Assembly: GCA_010672635.1 (NCBI GenBank) | Contig: JAAHGE010000006.1 | Location: 20,519 to 70,707 of the forward strand | From: Desertifilum sp. SIO1I2 | GTDB lineage: Bacteria > Cyanobacteriota > Cyanobacteriia > Cyanobacteriales > Desertifilaceae | Length of the DNA: 50,189 nucleotides | Direction of reading: 5' to 3' | Shown: positions 38,310 to 50,075 of the stretch, piece after piece | Layout of the letters: each line of letters starts with the position of its first letter | Position numbering within the stretch: position 1 is the stretch's first letter | Translations under genes and position numbers: made by a program | The notes under the pieces: model-generated | The model's input: only the letters and a program-made list of their open reading frames with translations | The model's database searches: none | Told to the model about the DNA's origin: nothing

Positions 38310-39839
38310 CTAAACCGCCTCTTTCTTCCGAGTGGATTTGTCGCCCACTTTTTGGAACAGACCAAATTCCACTTGTTCTTCAAGGTCAGCATCCACCCCA
38401 GCGAATACATCGCGGAAGATGGTTCTCGAACCATGCCAGATATGACCAAAGAAGAACAACAAGGCAAATACGGCGTGACCGTAGGTGAACCAACCGCGAG
38501 GGCTAGTCCGGAATACCCCATCAGAGCCTAACGTTTCGCGGTCAAACTCAAACGGTTCGCCCAATTGTGCCTTACGGGCAAATTTCTTGACGCTAGCGGG
38601 ATCTTCAAAGGTTTGACCGTCGAGATCGCCACCGTAGAAGCTAACTGTAACGCCAGCTTGCTCGAAGCTATAGCGAGATTCAGCCCGACGGAAGGGAATG
38701 TCAGCGCGAACAACGCCATCTTTATCCGTCAGGATAACCGGGAAGGTTTCAAAGAAGTTGGGCATCCGACGAACGGTGAGTTCGCGGCCTTCAGCATCCT
38801 TAAATACCGGGTGTCCTAACCAGCCAGTGGCAATTCCATCACCTTGGTTCATCGGACCTGTCCGGAACAAACCGCCTTTAGAGGGGTTATTGCCGATGTA
38901 GTCGTAGAAGGCCAATTTCTCAGGAATTTGCTCCCAAGCTTCACCCAGGCTGCTGCCATTGGCAACGCTCGATTGAACGCGACGTTCAATTTCCTGTCTG
39001 AAGTAGCCTTGATCCCACTGATAGCGGGTCGGGCCAAACAGTTCAATGGGAGTTGCCGCAGAACCGTACCACATGGTTCCTGCTACAACGAAAGCGGCAA
39101 AGAAAACGGCTGCAATACTGCTTGATAAAACGGTTTCAATGTTCCCCATCCGCAGGGCTTTGTAAAGCCGTTCGGGGGGACGAACAGTCAAGTGAAATAA
39201 ACCAGCAATGATACCAACAATACCGGCTGCAATGTGGTGAGCAACAATCCCACCCGGATTAAAGGGGTTAAATCCGGCGGGTCCCCATTCGGGGGCGACG
39301 GGTTGAACGCTACCTGTAATGCCGTAGGGGTCAGAAATCCACATTCCCGGCCCAAAGAGTCCGGTGAGGTGGAAAGCACCAAAGCCAAAGCACAGTAAAC
39401 CGGATAAGAACAGGTGAATGCCGAACATTTTCGGCAAGTCGAGTGCGGGTTCGCCGGTACGGGGGTCGGTGAACAGTTCTAAGTCCCAATAAACCCAGTG
39501 CCAGCAAGCGGCTAAGAACAGCAAGCCCGATAAGACGATGTGAGCGGCTGCAACGCCTTCAAAAGACCAGAAACCGGCATTGGTTACGGTTTCGCCAGTA
39601 ATGCTCCAGCCCCCCCAGGAGTCTGTTACCCCTAAGCGGGCCATGAAGGGCATGACGAACATGCCTTGACGCCACATCGGATTCAGGACGGGATCGCTCG
39701 GATCGAAAATGGCTAGCTCATATAACGCCATTGAGCCAGCCCACCCTGCAACCAGGGCGGTGTGCATCAGGTGTACAGCAATCAGACGACCTGGATCGTT
39801 CAGGACGACTGTGTGTACTCGGTACCAGGGTAGTCCCAT
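38310..39839 (-). CDS. psbB: Photosystem II CP47
   Basis: [19 protein letters not shown]...; 509 aa. Confidence 0.99.
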   Translation of the reverse strand: MGLPWYRVHTVVLNDPGRLIAVHLMHTALVAGWAGSMALYELAIFDPSDPVLNPMWRQGMFVMPFMARLGVTDSWGGWSITGETVTNAGFWSFEGVAAAHIVLSGLLFLAACWHWVYWDLELFTDPRTGEPALDLPKMFGIHLFLSGLLCFGFGAFHLTGLFGPGMWISDPYGITGSVQPVAPEWGPAGFNPFNPGGIVAHHIAAGIVGIIAGLFHLTVRPPERLYKALRMGNIETVLSSSIAAVFFAAFVVAGTMWYGSAATPIELFGPTRYQWDQGYFRQEIERRVQSSVANGSSLGEAWEQIPEKLAFYDYIGNNPSKGGLFRTGPMNQGDGIATGWLGHPVFKDAEGRELTVRRMPNFFETFPVILTDKDGVVRADIPFRRAESRYSFEQAGVTVSFYGGDLDGQTFEDPASVKKFARKAQLGEPFEFDRETLGSDGVFRTSPRGWFTYGHAVFALLFFFGHIWHGSRTIFRDVFAGVDADLEEQVEFGLFQKVGDKSTRKKEAV

Positions 39840-40360
39840 TGACTACGCTCCTCCTCTAATACTTTCTAGATGAACGAGTCTGCCAACCTCTTAAGAAAGT
39901 TGGAACAGAGCTTTTCGTGCTAGTTGACCCAAGACTAATCCTCACATTTATTCTGCGAGAATTCAACGCTATTGCGCCGGGAATGTCGCTCTAGTGCAGC
40001 GACGCCAACGCACTTTTTTGAGAGGGTTTTTCAGTTCGCCCCTGTCTCAAGGGACAGGTTCTCTATCTGAAATTTTTTGTGTTTTGCTGAAGGGGCTGCC
40101 CGCATGAGTGCGATCGCCTTGGTGAGTGCAGTCCACTTAGAATGATGGTTTAATCCACCGATTAAACGTCAGAAACCTAACAAGCCAAGGCTATAGGTTT
40201 GCTAACGGGTTTATCATGAGAATGAATATAACGAATTGTAACCAGTGTTGGAACCTATTGCAAGCTGGTTTGGGAGTTGAGCAACAGGTTTATCAAAAAG
40301 CAATTTTTTGCGTCAACATTTCTTTATAATTTTTAACGAAAAGCAACAGAGGGACAAGCA

Positions 40361-40657
40361 ATGGCGAATATCAAGTTTGTTAAGGAAGGTAAAGAGGCGA
40401 TCGCCGCAGATGGGGCCAATTTAAGGCTAAAAGCCCTGGAAAATGGCATCGATCTTTACAGCGTCTTCGGCAAAATGATGAATTGTGGAGGATACGGTCA
40501 ATGCGGCACCTGTATTGTAGAAATTGTCGAAGGCATGGAAAACCTCTCGCCCCGTACCGACGTAGAAAAGCGCAAGCTCAAGAAGAAGCCTGACTCCTAT
40601 CGCCTTGCTTGTCAAACGCTCGTTCAGGGATCGGTTTCTATCAAAACCAAGCCTTGA
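40361..40657 (+). CDS. 2Fe-2S ferredoxin-like protein
   Basis: [11 protein letters not shown] and RLACQ cysteine motifs. Confidence 0.9.
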   Translation: MANIKFVKEGKEAIAADGANLRLKALENGIDLYSVFGKMMNCGGYGQCGTCIVEIVEGMENLSPRTDVEKRKLKKKPDSYRLACQTLVQGSVSIKTKP

Positions 40658-40717
40658 GGTGAAAATGGTATTCTAGGTAGTGATTTTTCCACTATTTACG
40701 AGAGAGGCTTAATTGCA

Positions 40718-40831
40718 ATGGAAGTTAACGATCTAGGATTTGTTGCCAGTATTTTATTCGTCCTAGTCCCCAGCGTCTTCCTGTTGATTCTGTATATTCA
40801 AACGGCTAGCCGACAAAGCGATAATAGTTAG
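40718..40831 (+). CDS. psbM: Photosystem II protein M
   Basis: [37 protein letters not shown]; not in the ORF track. Confidence 0.95.
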   Translation: MEVNDLGFVASILFVLVPSVFLLILYIQTASRQSDNS

Positions 40832-40918
40832 TCACTGGTCAATGGCAGGTCAATCCATCAAAGGTTCGCAAAAATTATTTCTGGCGCTTTGAAACTTTGG
40901 CAGGAAAGACAACAAAGA

Positions 40919-40954
40919 AAGAAGGATGAAGCTAATGAGTCATCCTTCTTTTTA
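40919..40954. terminator. Probable intrinsic terminator between convergent psbM and usp
   Basis: AAGAAGGATGA / TCATCCTTCTT stem followed by a T-run. Confidence 0.6.
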
Positions 40955-41000
40955 TTGTCGGGGAAAAGCGATCGCGCCCCTTTGGCTAAATGAGACGATT

Positions 41001-41576
41001 TTAATCAACCGTCCGCGCGAGCAGAACCGGACAATTCGCCTTGACGCGCACGTAATCGGAGAGCGAAGTTCCCAGCAGGCGGTCAATATCAGGTAGCGTT
41101 TTGGCAACCGAAGGACGGCGGTCGGGAGAACCGAGGATCAGCAGATCGACGTTTTTCTCATCTGCGATCTGGCAAATCGTTTCACCAGCATTACCGCGAC
41201 CGATCGTTGCGGATACAGACACGCCTGCTTGTCTGGCTTGGGCCATTGCTTCAGACAAAACGGGATCTTCTTCAATCGTTGTAATTTTTGAATTGGGATT
41301 AACGTGAACGAGCAGCAGCTCGCTATTGGGAATCTCGCGTAAAAAGGACAACGCTAGCTTGATGCATTGTTGTGCGGCTTCAGATCCATCGGTAGCAACC
41401 ATAATGCGCCGGATTTTCTTGACGTAGATATCGTCTTTGATCAACAACATCGGACGCGAAGTGAGTTGAAAGACGTACTGACTCACCGAGTTTTTCAAAA
41501 TCGATTCTAAGCGACCGAGAGCGCGAGAACCCATCACAATCAGGTCAGAATCTTCTTCTTCAGCAATTTGCAGCAC
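41001..41576 (-). pseudogene. Tandem universal stress protein, N-terminal part of the first USP domain missing
   Basis: Begins mid-domain (LQIAEEEDSDLIVMGSR); second USP domain complete (IMVATDGS...LLILGS). Upstream sequence is the 3' flank of the neighbouring gene. Confidence 0.7.
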
Positions 41577-41630
41577 CAGGTCTTTCGATGCACTTTTAAA
41601 CCCACTCGGAACTCGGAACTCGTAACTTAA

Positions 41631-42131
41631 TTACTGCGATCGCCAACGCTTCTGAACCGGATGCAGTCCTGCTAACTTAGCGACTAACTCCGTCGGTATT
41701 TTTTTCGCTTCTTCAGACCCTACCCATTCAGCTAACTGAAGTTTCATCAAGCGGGAACGATGGGTCGAAGAGGGTTCGAGGGCAATTTGTTCTAACTTTT
41801 TGATATAGTTAATCCGATTTTTAAACGCCGTTTGACGTTCTTCGTAAGTTTCCGGGACGTTAAAGCGCACCACGCCGGCGACGTAGACAAATTGACACTG
41901 AACATCAAAACTTCCTCCGACAGCCGCTCCTGAGCCAGCAAAGTCGGCATAGAAGTCCTTGAGAAGGATTAATCCTCCAGGCGAGTCTTCCGCAATGGAT
42001 AAAAACTGTCCGCTCTGAAACAAAGAGACAGGAACAGACGAAACGCCCTCATTTTCTCGTTCGGCTGGCTTCATCTGTAAAGACGACAGGGAAAGGACTT
42101 GCATAAATATAAGCGCAAGGGAGAGAATCAA
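41631..42131 (-). CDS. Conserved cyanobacterial hypothetical protein, possibly Crp-like HTH
   Basis: GGLIL...FYADFAGSGAAVGGSFD and IPTELVAKLAG; start uncertain. Confidence 0.55.
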   Translation of the reverse strand: MILSLALIFMQVLSLSSLQMKPAERENEGVSSVPVSLFQSGQFLSIAEDSPGGLILLKDFYADFAGSGAAVGGSFDVQCQFVYVAGVVRFNVPETYEERQTAFKNRINYIKKLEQIALEPSSTHRSRLMKLQLAEWVGSEEAKKIPTELVAKLAGLHPVQKRWRSQ

Positions 42132-42348
42132 CTCTCTCTCGTTATATATCCCACAATGGGATAAATATGCACCTAATTTTACGTTTAAACAACAATTAAT
42201 TTTTGCATTTTACGGTTGCAATTGTTTAAAATTGCCCACCCCTTTCTACCTGTTTAGGTTTACCCCTACCGAATCAATAACCAGGGGGGTTCGCTACCTC
42301 TGCCATCGTCCTTTTTCAAGGAGGAAGTTCTTTCCTCCTTGAAGCCGG

Positions 42349-45162
42349 TTAAACGATTTCTGATTTAGCTTGTACCGTAGTTTGCGGTTGCGGTTGGAAC
42401 TGGAACAGCGAGTAAACGACGTTCCGGCGGATCGAAATCATCATTTCCAGGAACAGTTCGTAGCCTTCACTCTTATACTCAATCAGCGGGTCTTTTTGCC
42501 CGTAGCCGCGCAACCCAACTGACTCGCGCAACGCATCCATTTGTTGGAGGTGTTCGCGCCAGAGGGTATCAATTTGCTGCAAGATAAAGAAACGCTCGGC
42601 TTGACGCATCAGACCGGGTTGAATTTGGTCAATTTGGGCTTCTTTGAGGTCGTAGGCGATGCGAATCTGTTCGTGCAGGAAAGTCTTCATTTCTGCGAAG
42701 CTGAGGTCTTCGAGTTGTTCGGGTTCCAAGTCCGCCAGCAGATAGACGAATTCCTTTACCTTGCTAACCAGTTGTGCGAGTTCCCAATCTTCAGGGGGTA
42801 ACTCTGGGTTAACGTAGGCTTCTACGATGTCATCCATCGTTTTTTCGGCGTATTTAATCACCTGTTCTTTCAGGTCTTGACCTTCAAGGACGCGGCGACG
42901 TTCGGCGTAGATGGCGCGACGCTGGTTGTTCATTACCTCGTCGTACTCAAACACCTGTTTGCGGATGTCGTAGTAGTAGGTTTCAACCTTTTTCTGAGCG
43001 CCTTCTAACGAGCGAGTTAGGATACCCGATTCAATCGGCATATCTTCTTCAACTTTAAACGCTTCCATCAGACCGCGAACGCGATCGCCTCCAAAGATCC
43101 GCAGCAAGTTATCTTCCAAACTTAGGAAGAACTTGGTTGCGCCAGGGTCCCCTTGGCGTCCGGCGCGTCCCCGCAGTTGGTTATCGATCCGGCGAGAGTC
43201 GTGGCGTTCTGTCCCGATGACGTACAAGCCGCCTAAATTGACCACTTCTTCATGTTCGCGATGAGTGAAAACTTCGTATTCTTCGCGAATGCGGTTAAAC
43301 ACTTCCCGCAATTTTTGAATCACGGGGTCTTCCGTGGGGGCTTTTTCCGCAGCAACAGCGACCTTATCTTCGGCGGCTAACTCCGAGAGCGATCGCTCTC
43401 CGTACTGCTTCACCGCAAAGTCTACCGCCTCTTTGAGTAACTTTTCAGTTTCCTTGGATAACTCTGTCGGGAAAATCTGAGGGGAAGCCTTCCAGGTTTT
43501 CACCTTCTTATTGTCGCCAAACCCTTGTCCGCCCCCTTTACCGCTTGTTGCTGGAACTTTGGCTAAGTTGAAATTGCCTTCTTCATCGGGTTGGACAATG
43601 CGGGGCATAAAGTATTCCCGCAGTTTCAAGCGGGCCATGTAGTCCGCATTTCCCCCTAAGATAATATCGGTTCCGCGTCCGGCCATGTTGGTGGCGATCG
43701 TTACGGCTCCCTTGCGTCCGGCTTGGGCGACAATTTCCGACTCCCGTTCCACATTTTCCGGCTTCGCATTCAGCAGTTGGTGCGGAACTTTTAACTCAGT
43801 CAGGAGGGTTGATAGCACCTCAGACTTTTCAACGCTGGTAGTTCCCACCAGTACCGGACGACCCTTTTCGTGCATTTCTGCACAGTCTCGCGCCACCGCC
43901 TGCCATTTACCTAACTCCGTTTTATACACCACATCGGAGAGGTCAGCCCGTTTGGTGGAGCGGTTTGTGGGGACAACCGTCACTTCCAGGTTATAAATTT
44001 TTTCAAATTCAGCCTCTTCAGTTTTCGCCGTCCCCGTCATTCCCGACAGTTTGGGATACAGCAAAAAGAAGTTCTGATAGGTAATGGTGGCTAGGGTTTG
44101 CGTTTCTGGCTGAATTTCTACATGTTCCTTGGCTTCAATGGCTTGGTGCAAGCCATCGCTCCAACGACGACCGGGCATAACGCGTCCGGTAAACTCGTCT
44201 ACAATCACAATTTCGTCATTGCGGACGATGTAGTTAACGTCTTTAATAAACAGTTCCTTGGCTTTAATGGCATTAAATACAAAATGCGCCCAAGGATCTT
44301 TGGGATCGAACAGATCGTCTACGCCTAATGCTTGCTCGGCGGCGATATACCCTTCATCAGTGAGCAGGACGTTCCGAGCTTTTTCATCGACTTCGTAATG
44401 GTCGTCGCTATTGAGTTGACGGGCAACATCGGCGGCGCGCAAATACTTTTCGCTCGGACGGTCTACTTGACCGGAGATAATCAAAGGGGTACGGGCTTCA
44501 TCGACCAGTACCGAGTCTACCTCGTCAATCACGCAGAAGTTAAACGGACGCTGCACGACTTCGGCCATTGAGTTGGCCATGTTATCGCGCAGGTAGTCAA
44601 ACCCAACTTCGCTGTTGGTGGCGTAGGTAATGTCGCAGGCGTAGTTGCGCTGGCGTTCCTCTGGCCCCATGCTTTGTTGAATCAGACCAACACTTAAGCC
44701 CAAAAAGCGGTGAACTTGTCCCATCCACTCGGCGTCGCGGCGGGCGAGGTAGTCGTTAACGGTGATGACGTGGACGCCTTTGCCGCTGAGGGCGTTGAGA
44801 TAGGCGGGGAGGGTGGAAACGAGGGTTTTTCCTTCCCCGGTTTTCATTTCGGCAATTTGTCCGTCGTGCAAGACCATGCCGCCAATCAACTGTACGTCAA
44901 AGTGGCGCATTCCCAGAACTCGGCGCGAGGCTTCTCGGACGACTGCAAAGGCTTCTGGCAGCAGCTCGTCTAGCATCTCTTTTTGCTCGTTATCGGATTT
45001 CGCCTTTGCTAGCCGCGCTTTGAATTCTGCTGTTTTGCCCACTAAATCCTGGTCGGATAGGGCTTGGACTTCTTCCTCTAGTAGCTTGATTTCGGCAACG
45101 TAAGGTTGATATTTTTTGAGCTTACGTGCATTGGGATCGCCCAACAAATTTTTCAGGAACAT
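42349..45162 (-). CDS. secA: Preprotein translocase subunit SecA
   Basis: [53 protein letters not shown]. Confidence 0.99.
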   Translation of the reverse strand: MFLKNLLGDPNARKLKKYQPYVAEIKLLEEEVQALSDQDLVGKTAEFKARLAKAKSDNEQKEMLDELLPEAFAVVREASRRVLGMRHFDVQLIGGMVLHDGQIAEMKTGEGKTLVSTLPAYLNALSGKGVHVITVNDYLARRDAEWMGQVHRFLGLSVGLIQQSMGPEERQRNYACDITYATNSEVGFDYLRDNMANSMAEVVQRPFNFCVIDEVDSVLVDEARTPLIISGQVDRPSEKYLRAADVARQLNSDDHYEVDEKARNVLLTDEGYIAAEQALGVDDLFDPKDPWAHFVFNAIKAKELFIKDVNYIVRNDEIVIVDEFTGRVMPGRRWSDGLHQAIEAKEHVEIQPETQTLATITYQNFFLLYPKLSGMTGTAKTEEAEFEKIYNLEVTVVPTNRSTKRADLSDVVYKTELGKWQAVARDCAEMHEKGRPVLVGTTSVEKSEVLSTLLTELKVPHQLLNAKPENVERESEIVAQAGRKGAVTIATNMAGRGTDIILGGNADYMARLKLREYFMPRIVQPDEEGNFNLAKVPATSGKGGGQGFGDNKKVKTWKASPQIFPTELSKETEKLLKEAVDFAVKQYGERSLSELAAEDKVAVAAEKAPTEDPVIQKLREVFNRIREEYEVFTHREHEEVVNLGGLYVIGTERHDSRRIDNQLRGRAGRQGDPGATKFFLSLEDNLLRIFGGDRVRGLMEAFKVEEDMPIESGILTRSLEGAQKKVETYYYDIRKQVFEYDEVMNNQRRAIYAERRRVLEGQDLKEQVIKYAEKTMDDIVEAYVNPELPPEDWELAQLVSKVKEFVYLLADLEPEQLEDLSFAEMKTFLHEQIRIAYDLKEAQIDQIQPGLMRQAERFFILQQIDTLWREHLQQMDALRESVGLRGYGQKDPLIEYKSEGYELFLEMMISIRRNVVYSLFQFQPQPQTTVQAKSEIV

Positions 45163-45316
45163 AGCAGAAAAAAGAGATGTTTGAAAAACGCTGTCAGCTT
45201 GGAATTGAGTGCTGTCAGATTTATTATTTTTATCCTATCACTCTCGCTGCCTATGACTGGGAAAGTTGCAGGGGGTGAATCCCGAACGAACCCAGCATTG
45301 GGCTAGAGTTTTAATT

Positions 45317-45871
45317 CTAATCGACCCATTCGGGGCTAAGGGTGCGAAAATTGTATTCTTCTGCCCCAAGATGACAAGTCGCGCAGTTTTTCAGGTTGAC
45401 GGGTTGGGGAAATTGGACGTTGGGATGGAGAGCGTTGAAGAAGCGAGAACTGGCGATCCGGTAAGGGGTACGTTCTTCTGGGGAACGGGGGCGCGAGTAG
45501 ATGCGAAGATAGTTCCAGATCAGGAGGCGTTGCGGATCGACGAGGGGTTGAATGCGGACGCCGTAGTGTTGCGGATCTTGGATGAGTTCGAGCCAGGTTT
45601 GGGTAGGGAGAACCGCCGGGGGAATGGCGATGTGACAGCTTCCGCAGTTTTCAATGTAGAGCTGTTGACCGAGGCTGTAGCGGGGAAGGACGGGATCGAC
45701 GGCTTTGGTTTGGCGGACTAACTCTGTCTGCGGGGAGATTTTGGGGGTAGCGATCGCGAAGGCGCTGCCTAAGCTAATACTCCAAATGGCAATGAGGATC
45801 GTTACCACTAAGGGCGATCGCCATTTTCGCAGTTGCCCAAGGCGCTTGTTGAACCCAAACTGACGAAACAT
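45317..45871 (-). CDS. Diheme cytochrome c-like protein
   Basis: N-terminal hydrophobic/signal segment; two CxxCH motifs (CGSCH, CATCH). Confidence 0.8.
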   Translation of the reverse strand: MFRQFGFNKRLGQLRKWRSPLVVTILIAIWSISLGSAFAIATPKISPQTELVRQTKAVDPVLPRYSLGQQLYIENCGSCHIAIPPAVLPTQTWLELIQDPQHYGVRIQPLVDPQRLLIWNYLRIYSRPRSPEERTPYRIASSRFFNALHPNVQFPQPVNLKNCATCHLGAEEYNFRTLSPEWVD

Positions 45872-46165
45872 ACCTCACACTCTCACTCTTGAAACTTGCA
45901 AACACCAGACTAACAGGATCGCGCGATCGTTCCTCATGAGCAACGAAGTGCAAAACGCTTGCGCTCAAAAAGTCCGAGTTTTCTGACTTTTGCGATACCC
46001 CATTGGCAAAACTCGATTGTTATACTGATTTTCGGAATCGTTGGCCAGAGTCCAGTCTTCAGGGGTTTTGTCGGATACAACACCCGACTGTTAGGTCTGA
46101 AGGGGCGACTCGTTAGTTCTTGAACTGCCCATCAGGGTTTAGATTGACAGAGGAATGCATTGAGC

Positions 46166-46621
46166 ATGGATTGTCGTCATATTCAATTTTGTGCAAACCC
46201 GGACGCGATTGATTTCGAGCAACTGCAAGCTTTGTTTAATTTAGCGGCTTTTTGGGCAAAAGATCGGCGCGTTGAAGATTGGCAAATTGCGATCGCCAAC
46301 AGCGCCCCGGTGATTAGTATGTGGGATGGACAGAAGCTCATTGGCTTTGCGCGGGCAACCTCCGATGGCATCTATCGCGCTACGATTTGGGATGTGGCAG
46401 TTCACCCCGACTATCAAGGATTGGGATTGGGTCGTAAGTTAGTAGAAACGGTTCTCAGCCATCCTCAAGTCAGCCGAGTGGAACGCGTTTATTTGATGAC
46501 GACGCATCAGCAACAGTTCTACGAACGCATCGGATTTCAAAGTAACTCAACTACAACAATGGTGTTATTCAACCAACCCCTAGATACGCCCTATTCGCCA
46601 ATGGCGATCGAGATTGGTTAG
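46166..46621 (+). CDS. GNAT N-acetyltransferase
   Basis: LIGFARATSDGIYRATIWDVAVHPDYQGLGLG; ATG 46166. Confidence 0.9.
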   Translation: MDCRHIQFCANPDAIDFEQLQALFNLAAFWAKDRRVEDWQIAIANSAPVISMWDGQKLIGFARATSDGIYRATIWDVAVHPDYQGLGLGRKLVETVLSHPQVSRVERVYLMTTHQQQFYERIGFQSNSTTTMVLFNQPLDTPYSPMAIEIG

Positions 46622-46762
46622 AGCCAAGTGTTGTTGCTAGCTTCCGCGCAGCGGTGTGCTGAGTAAAAAACCAGCGCGGTTAATCTTTGATTCGATCAGA
46701 GCGATCTTCGCAGCTTTTCCTAGGAATCTCTACAGGAATCGTCGTTCAGTTTGTCCTCAGCG

Positions 46763-47113
46763 TTACCCGTCTATAGCTTCAGTGGCTAGAGGAATTGAGC
46801 ATTGAAGATAACAAGCGGAATGGTCGTTTAAGGGGGGGCTGACAATTTCTAAGCTACCGTTCATCAACTCCAACAAGAGTTTATTCACCATCAACGATAA
46901 GCCGGGAGAAAGTTTGCCATTAAAGGGGGCTTTGGGAGGATTGCTAGGAAACGGATCGCTCAAAAGACCCAGAGGTTCTGCCCAGTCGGTTTCAGGACGA
47001 TCGTCTTTTAAAACAATAGCGACTTTTTGTAACTCTGGTATGGGTATCGCAGACAGGCAAATTTTCCCTTCGGGCATTTGCGTAATGGCGCTATCAACTA
47101 AATTGACCAAAAC
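46763..47113 (-). pseudogene. C-terminal HATPase-like fragment of a sensor histidine kinase
   Basis: VLVNLVDSAI, GLSL...NKLLLELMNGSLEI; no upstream HisKA domain in frame. Confidence 0.6.
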
Positions 47114-47169
47114 CGAACACGGAACCGATCGCCTCCAAATTCAACCCATTGAACTCGCACAAGTTTTTT

Positions 47170-47742
47170 CAAGATGAAATGATTGATCAGATAAACCAGC
47201 TAGGAAATGTAAGTGACATTATTGCACCAAATCTATATCACCATTTGTTCCTCAATCAGTGCAAACAGAGATATCCAGACGCAACACTTTGGGCGACATC
47301 AGGCTTACAAGATAAATGTCCGGATTTGTTGATTGATAAAGCTATCAGCGACTATACTATTCAATCATTCAATGAACTTGAAGCAGCACAGGTAGCTGGA
47401 TTTAACACCTTTGACATCAAGGGATACATGCCATTGAATGAGTGGGTATTCTTTCATGCCAAAAGCCGCACACTCATCATTACTGATTTAGCATTTCATT
47501 TCGATCGCCAGAGTTCGCCATCTGCACAACTGATCTCCAAAATATTTGGTGGCTATCAGCAATTGCGTCCATCACTTTTAGAGAAAATTGCCACAAGAGA
47601 CAAAGAGCAAGTGCGCCAATCCCTTCAACCGATTCTTGCCTGGAATTTTGAGCGGGTCATTATGGCTCATGGCAGTATCATCGAGCAGGATGGTAAACGA
47701 CAATTTCAGCGAGGTTATGAGTGGTTTTTAGACGTAAAGTAA
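47170..47742 (+). pseudogene. DUF4336-family protein, 5'-truncated
   Basis: IIAPNLYHHLFL, EWVFFH..SRTLIITDL, IMAHG; starts mid-domain at QDEMIDQIN. Confidence 0.7.
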
Positions 47743-47748
47743 TGGCTT

Positions 47749-48624
47749 CTATTTGGTAGATGTGGCTGGTTCTGGATAATCTGTACTGACCGTTACGGGC
47801 TGCCAAGTATCCAAATCCGTTTTGAGCCATTCCAGTTTTTCTTGAATCAAGCTCATGGCATCGATGCCTAATGCCAGTCGCATCGGTGGATGCGGACTTT
47901 CCACAGCTTGAATGATGGCTTGCGCCGCTTTTGCTGGATCGCCGGGTTGCTGACCATCCATCTCTTTGAACCACTGCAATGTTGCATCGCTCATGGTCAC
48001 ATAAGCATCAATCGATCGCTCGGCTACGGCTAGAGAGCGTCCGTTAAAATCGGTGCGAAATGCTCCAGGTTCAATTAACGTGACTTTAATTCCAAACGGT
48101 TCAACCTCCTTAGCCAGGGCTTCAGACGTACCTTCCAGGGCAAATTTAGCCCCACAGTAGAGGCTGCTTCCCGCAAATCCCACGAGTCCTGCTGTGGATG
48201 ATAGATTCACAATGTGACCGCTGCCTTGCTGACGCATCACCGGCAAGACCGATCGCATCAGACGCAGTGCTCCAAAGAAGTTGGTTTCAAAAAATTGGTG
48301 AGTTTCAGCATCACTGACCTCTTCGAGTGCGGCAATCAGTCCATGCCCCGCATTGTTGACCAGCACATCAATGCGACCAAAAGTTGCGATCGCAGCATCA
48401 ATTGCTGCCTGGATATCTTGGGACACTGTTACATCTAAACGGACAGCCTTTGCGGCTTCTGGATAATCCTCGACCAAAGATTGCAGTTGTTCTGGCTCAC
48501 GAGCAGTTGCTAACAGGTAGTCGCCCTTCTGCAACACCGCTTCTGCGAGGGCACGTCCAAACCCAGTTGAGCACCCCGTAATTAACCACACTCTAGAAGC
48601 GACACGATTGTTGTCTGAGTTCAT
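47749..48624 (-). CDS. Short-chain dehydrogenase/reductase
   Basis: TGCSTGFG, NNAG, YCGAK; start placed at ATG 48624. Confidence 0.92.
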   Translation of the reverse strand: MNSDNNRVASRVWLITGCSTGFGRALAEAVLQKGDYLLATAREPEQLQSLVEDYPEAAKAVRLDVTVSQDIQAAIDAAIATFGRIDVLVNNAGHGLIAALEEVSDAETHQFFETNFFGALRLMRSVLPVMRQQGSGHIVNLSSTAGLVGFAGSSLYCGAKFALEGTSEALAKEVEPFGIKVTLIEPGAFRTDFNGRSLAVAERSIDAYVTMSDATLQWFKEMDGQQPGDPAKAAQAIIQAVESPHPPMRLALGIDAMSLIQEKLEWLKTDLDTWQPVTVSTDYPEPATSTK

Positions 48625-48742
48625 TTGCCTGCCTCCAATCAAAAACAATGAGATGTGCCTTATGTTTCTTACGGTAGGAGACAGCTATACGACTGTCCAA
48701 TATATATTTGTCTAAGATTAATATGTTAAACATATAAGTACG

Positions 48743-49624
48743 ATGGAATTACGGCACCTGCACTACTTCATCGCGGTGGCTGAGGAACTCCACTTCAGTC
48801 GCGCAGCAGAGCGGTTGTGCATTTCCCAACCTCCCCTCAGCCAGCAGATTCGGGATTTGGAAGATGAACTCGGAGTCAAGCTGTTTGAACGAACAAAGCG
48901 ACAAGTACATTTAACTGAAGCAGGCAAAGTGTTTTTGGATCGCTCGTACCTGCTGTTAGCCCAACTTGAACAGGCGATCGCAGCAACTCAGCGCATCGGG
49001 CGAGGTGAGGTTGGACAGTTAGCGATCGGGTTTGTTGACTCTGCCATGTACACGTCACTCCCAGAGATGCTCAAAGGCTTTCGAGAACAGTTTCCGGCGG
49101 TAGAACTGCGATTGCAGGAAATGACAACGGCTCAACAAATTCAAGCCCTGTATGACAAACAGATTGATGTCGGCATTGTTCGTTCTGCCATCAGCGAACC
49201 AGGTTTGAGCGTAGAGTGCCTTTTGCCAGAGTCGTTGGTCTTGGCATTGCCAGAAAATCATCCGCTCTCTGCTCAAACTCAAGTGTCTCTCTCCGCATTG
49301 GCAGATGAATTCTTTATCCTCTTTCCTGCTAAATTGGGACCCGTCTTTTACCAGCAGATTATGCAGAGTTGCGAGCAAGCGGGATTTCGTCCGAAAGTGA
49401 CTCAAGAGGCAGTTCAGATGCAAACGATTATCGGATTAGTGGCAGCAGGGTTGGGCATCGCGATCGTTCCTGCTTCCATGCAAAACTTCCACAGAAGTGG
49501 AGTCATTTACAGACTCTTACAAGAACAAATCTCGAATACTGGACTTTATCTCGCTTGGCGGCAGTATGGCTCTGCTCCAGTCCTCAGCGTATTTCTCAAC
49601 TTGGTACGGAAGACGGCACAATAG
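48743..49624 (+). CDS. LysR-family transcriptional regulator
   Basis: MELRHLHYFIAVAEELHFSRAAERLCISQPPLSQQI; divergent from the SDR gene. Confidence 0.95.
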   Translation: MELRHLHYFIAVAEELHFSRAAERLCISQPPLSQQIRDLEDELGVKLFERTKRQVHLTEAGKVFLDRSYLLLAQLEQAIAATQRIGRGEVGQLAIGFVDSAMYTSLPEMLKGFREQFPAVELRLQEMTTAQQIQALYDKQIDVGIVRSAISEPGLSVECLLPESLVLALPENHPLSAQTQVSLSALADEFFILFPAKLGPVFYQQIMQSCEQAGFRPKVTQEAVQMQTIIGLVAAGLGIAIVPASMQNFHRSGVIYRLLQEQISNTGLYLAWRQYGSAPVLSVFLNLVRKTAQ

Positions 49625-49697
49625 GAGTCAGATTGTGATGGTGCGTGAGCAGTTGGGAACAATCATCTCACCTAATAACGGCTCTAAATATAGATTC

Positions 49698-50075
49698 TCA
49701 TTGATGAAAGCTGGCATTATCAATAATAATAATAATGTCTCCCCGTTCTAGTACAGGGAGCAAACAATTTGAAGAGCCAAGTTTCAAATAAATCTCTATT
49801 ACATGACCCTTTAAAGATTAAAGTAACCAATAAGTAACCTGCTTTCAATGCTGATATGTAACTGATTCTTTCTCTTTCTTTACCGGACTTGAGAGCATAA
49901 CATCTTTCTCCTAAACGGCTGTATCCATAAGAGTAATCTTCTCGATTATCAAATCCGGCTTCATCCACATAAACTTTTTTATAATTTTCTATTTGCTCTA
50001 ATTTTTGTATAGATTCTCGTCTTTTTTCTTCATCTCTTTTCCTGTATCTATAAGTTTTTTTGAGTTATTTCCAGT
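49698..50075 (-). mobile_element. Degraded IS630-family transposase remnant
   Basis: YVDEAGFDNR...GERCYALKSGK...GSCNRDLFETW, then frameshifted GDIIII..DNASFHQ; stops and frameshifts present. Confidence 0.8.

Noticed and set aside
41592-41607. Possible IS-end scar (GAGTGGGTTTAAAAGT) resembling the IS1031-like IR
   Set aside because: Only partial similarity, with no partner IR or target duplication.
12314-49751. Numerous 60-190 aa ORFs antisense or out of frame within MTase, SNF2, cbiT, ychF, psbB, secA, DHC and LysR
   Set aside because: Shadow ORFs fully overlapping well-supported genes, with no motifs of their own.
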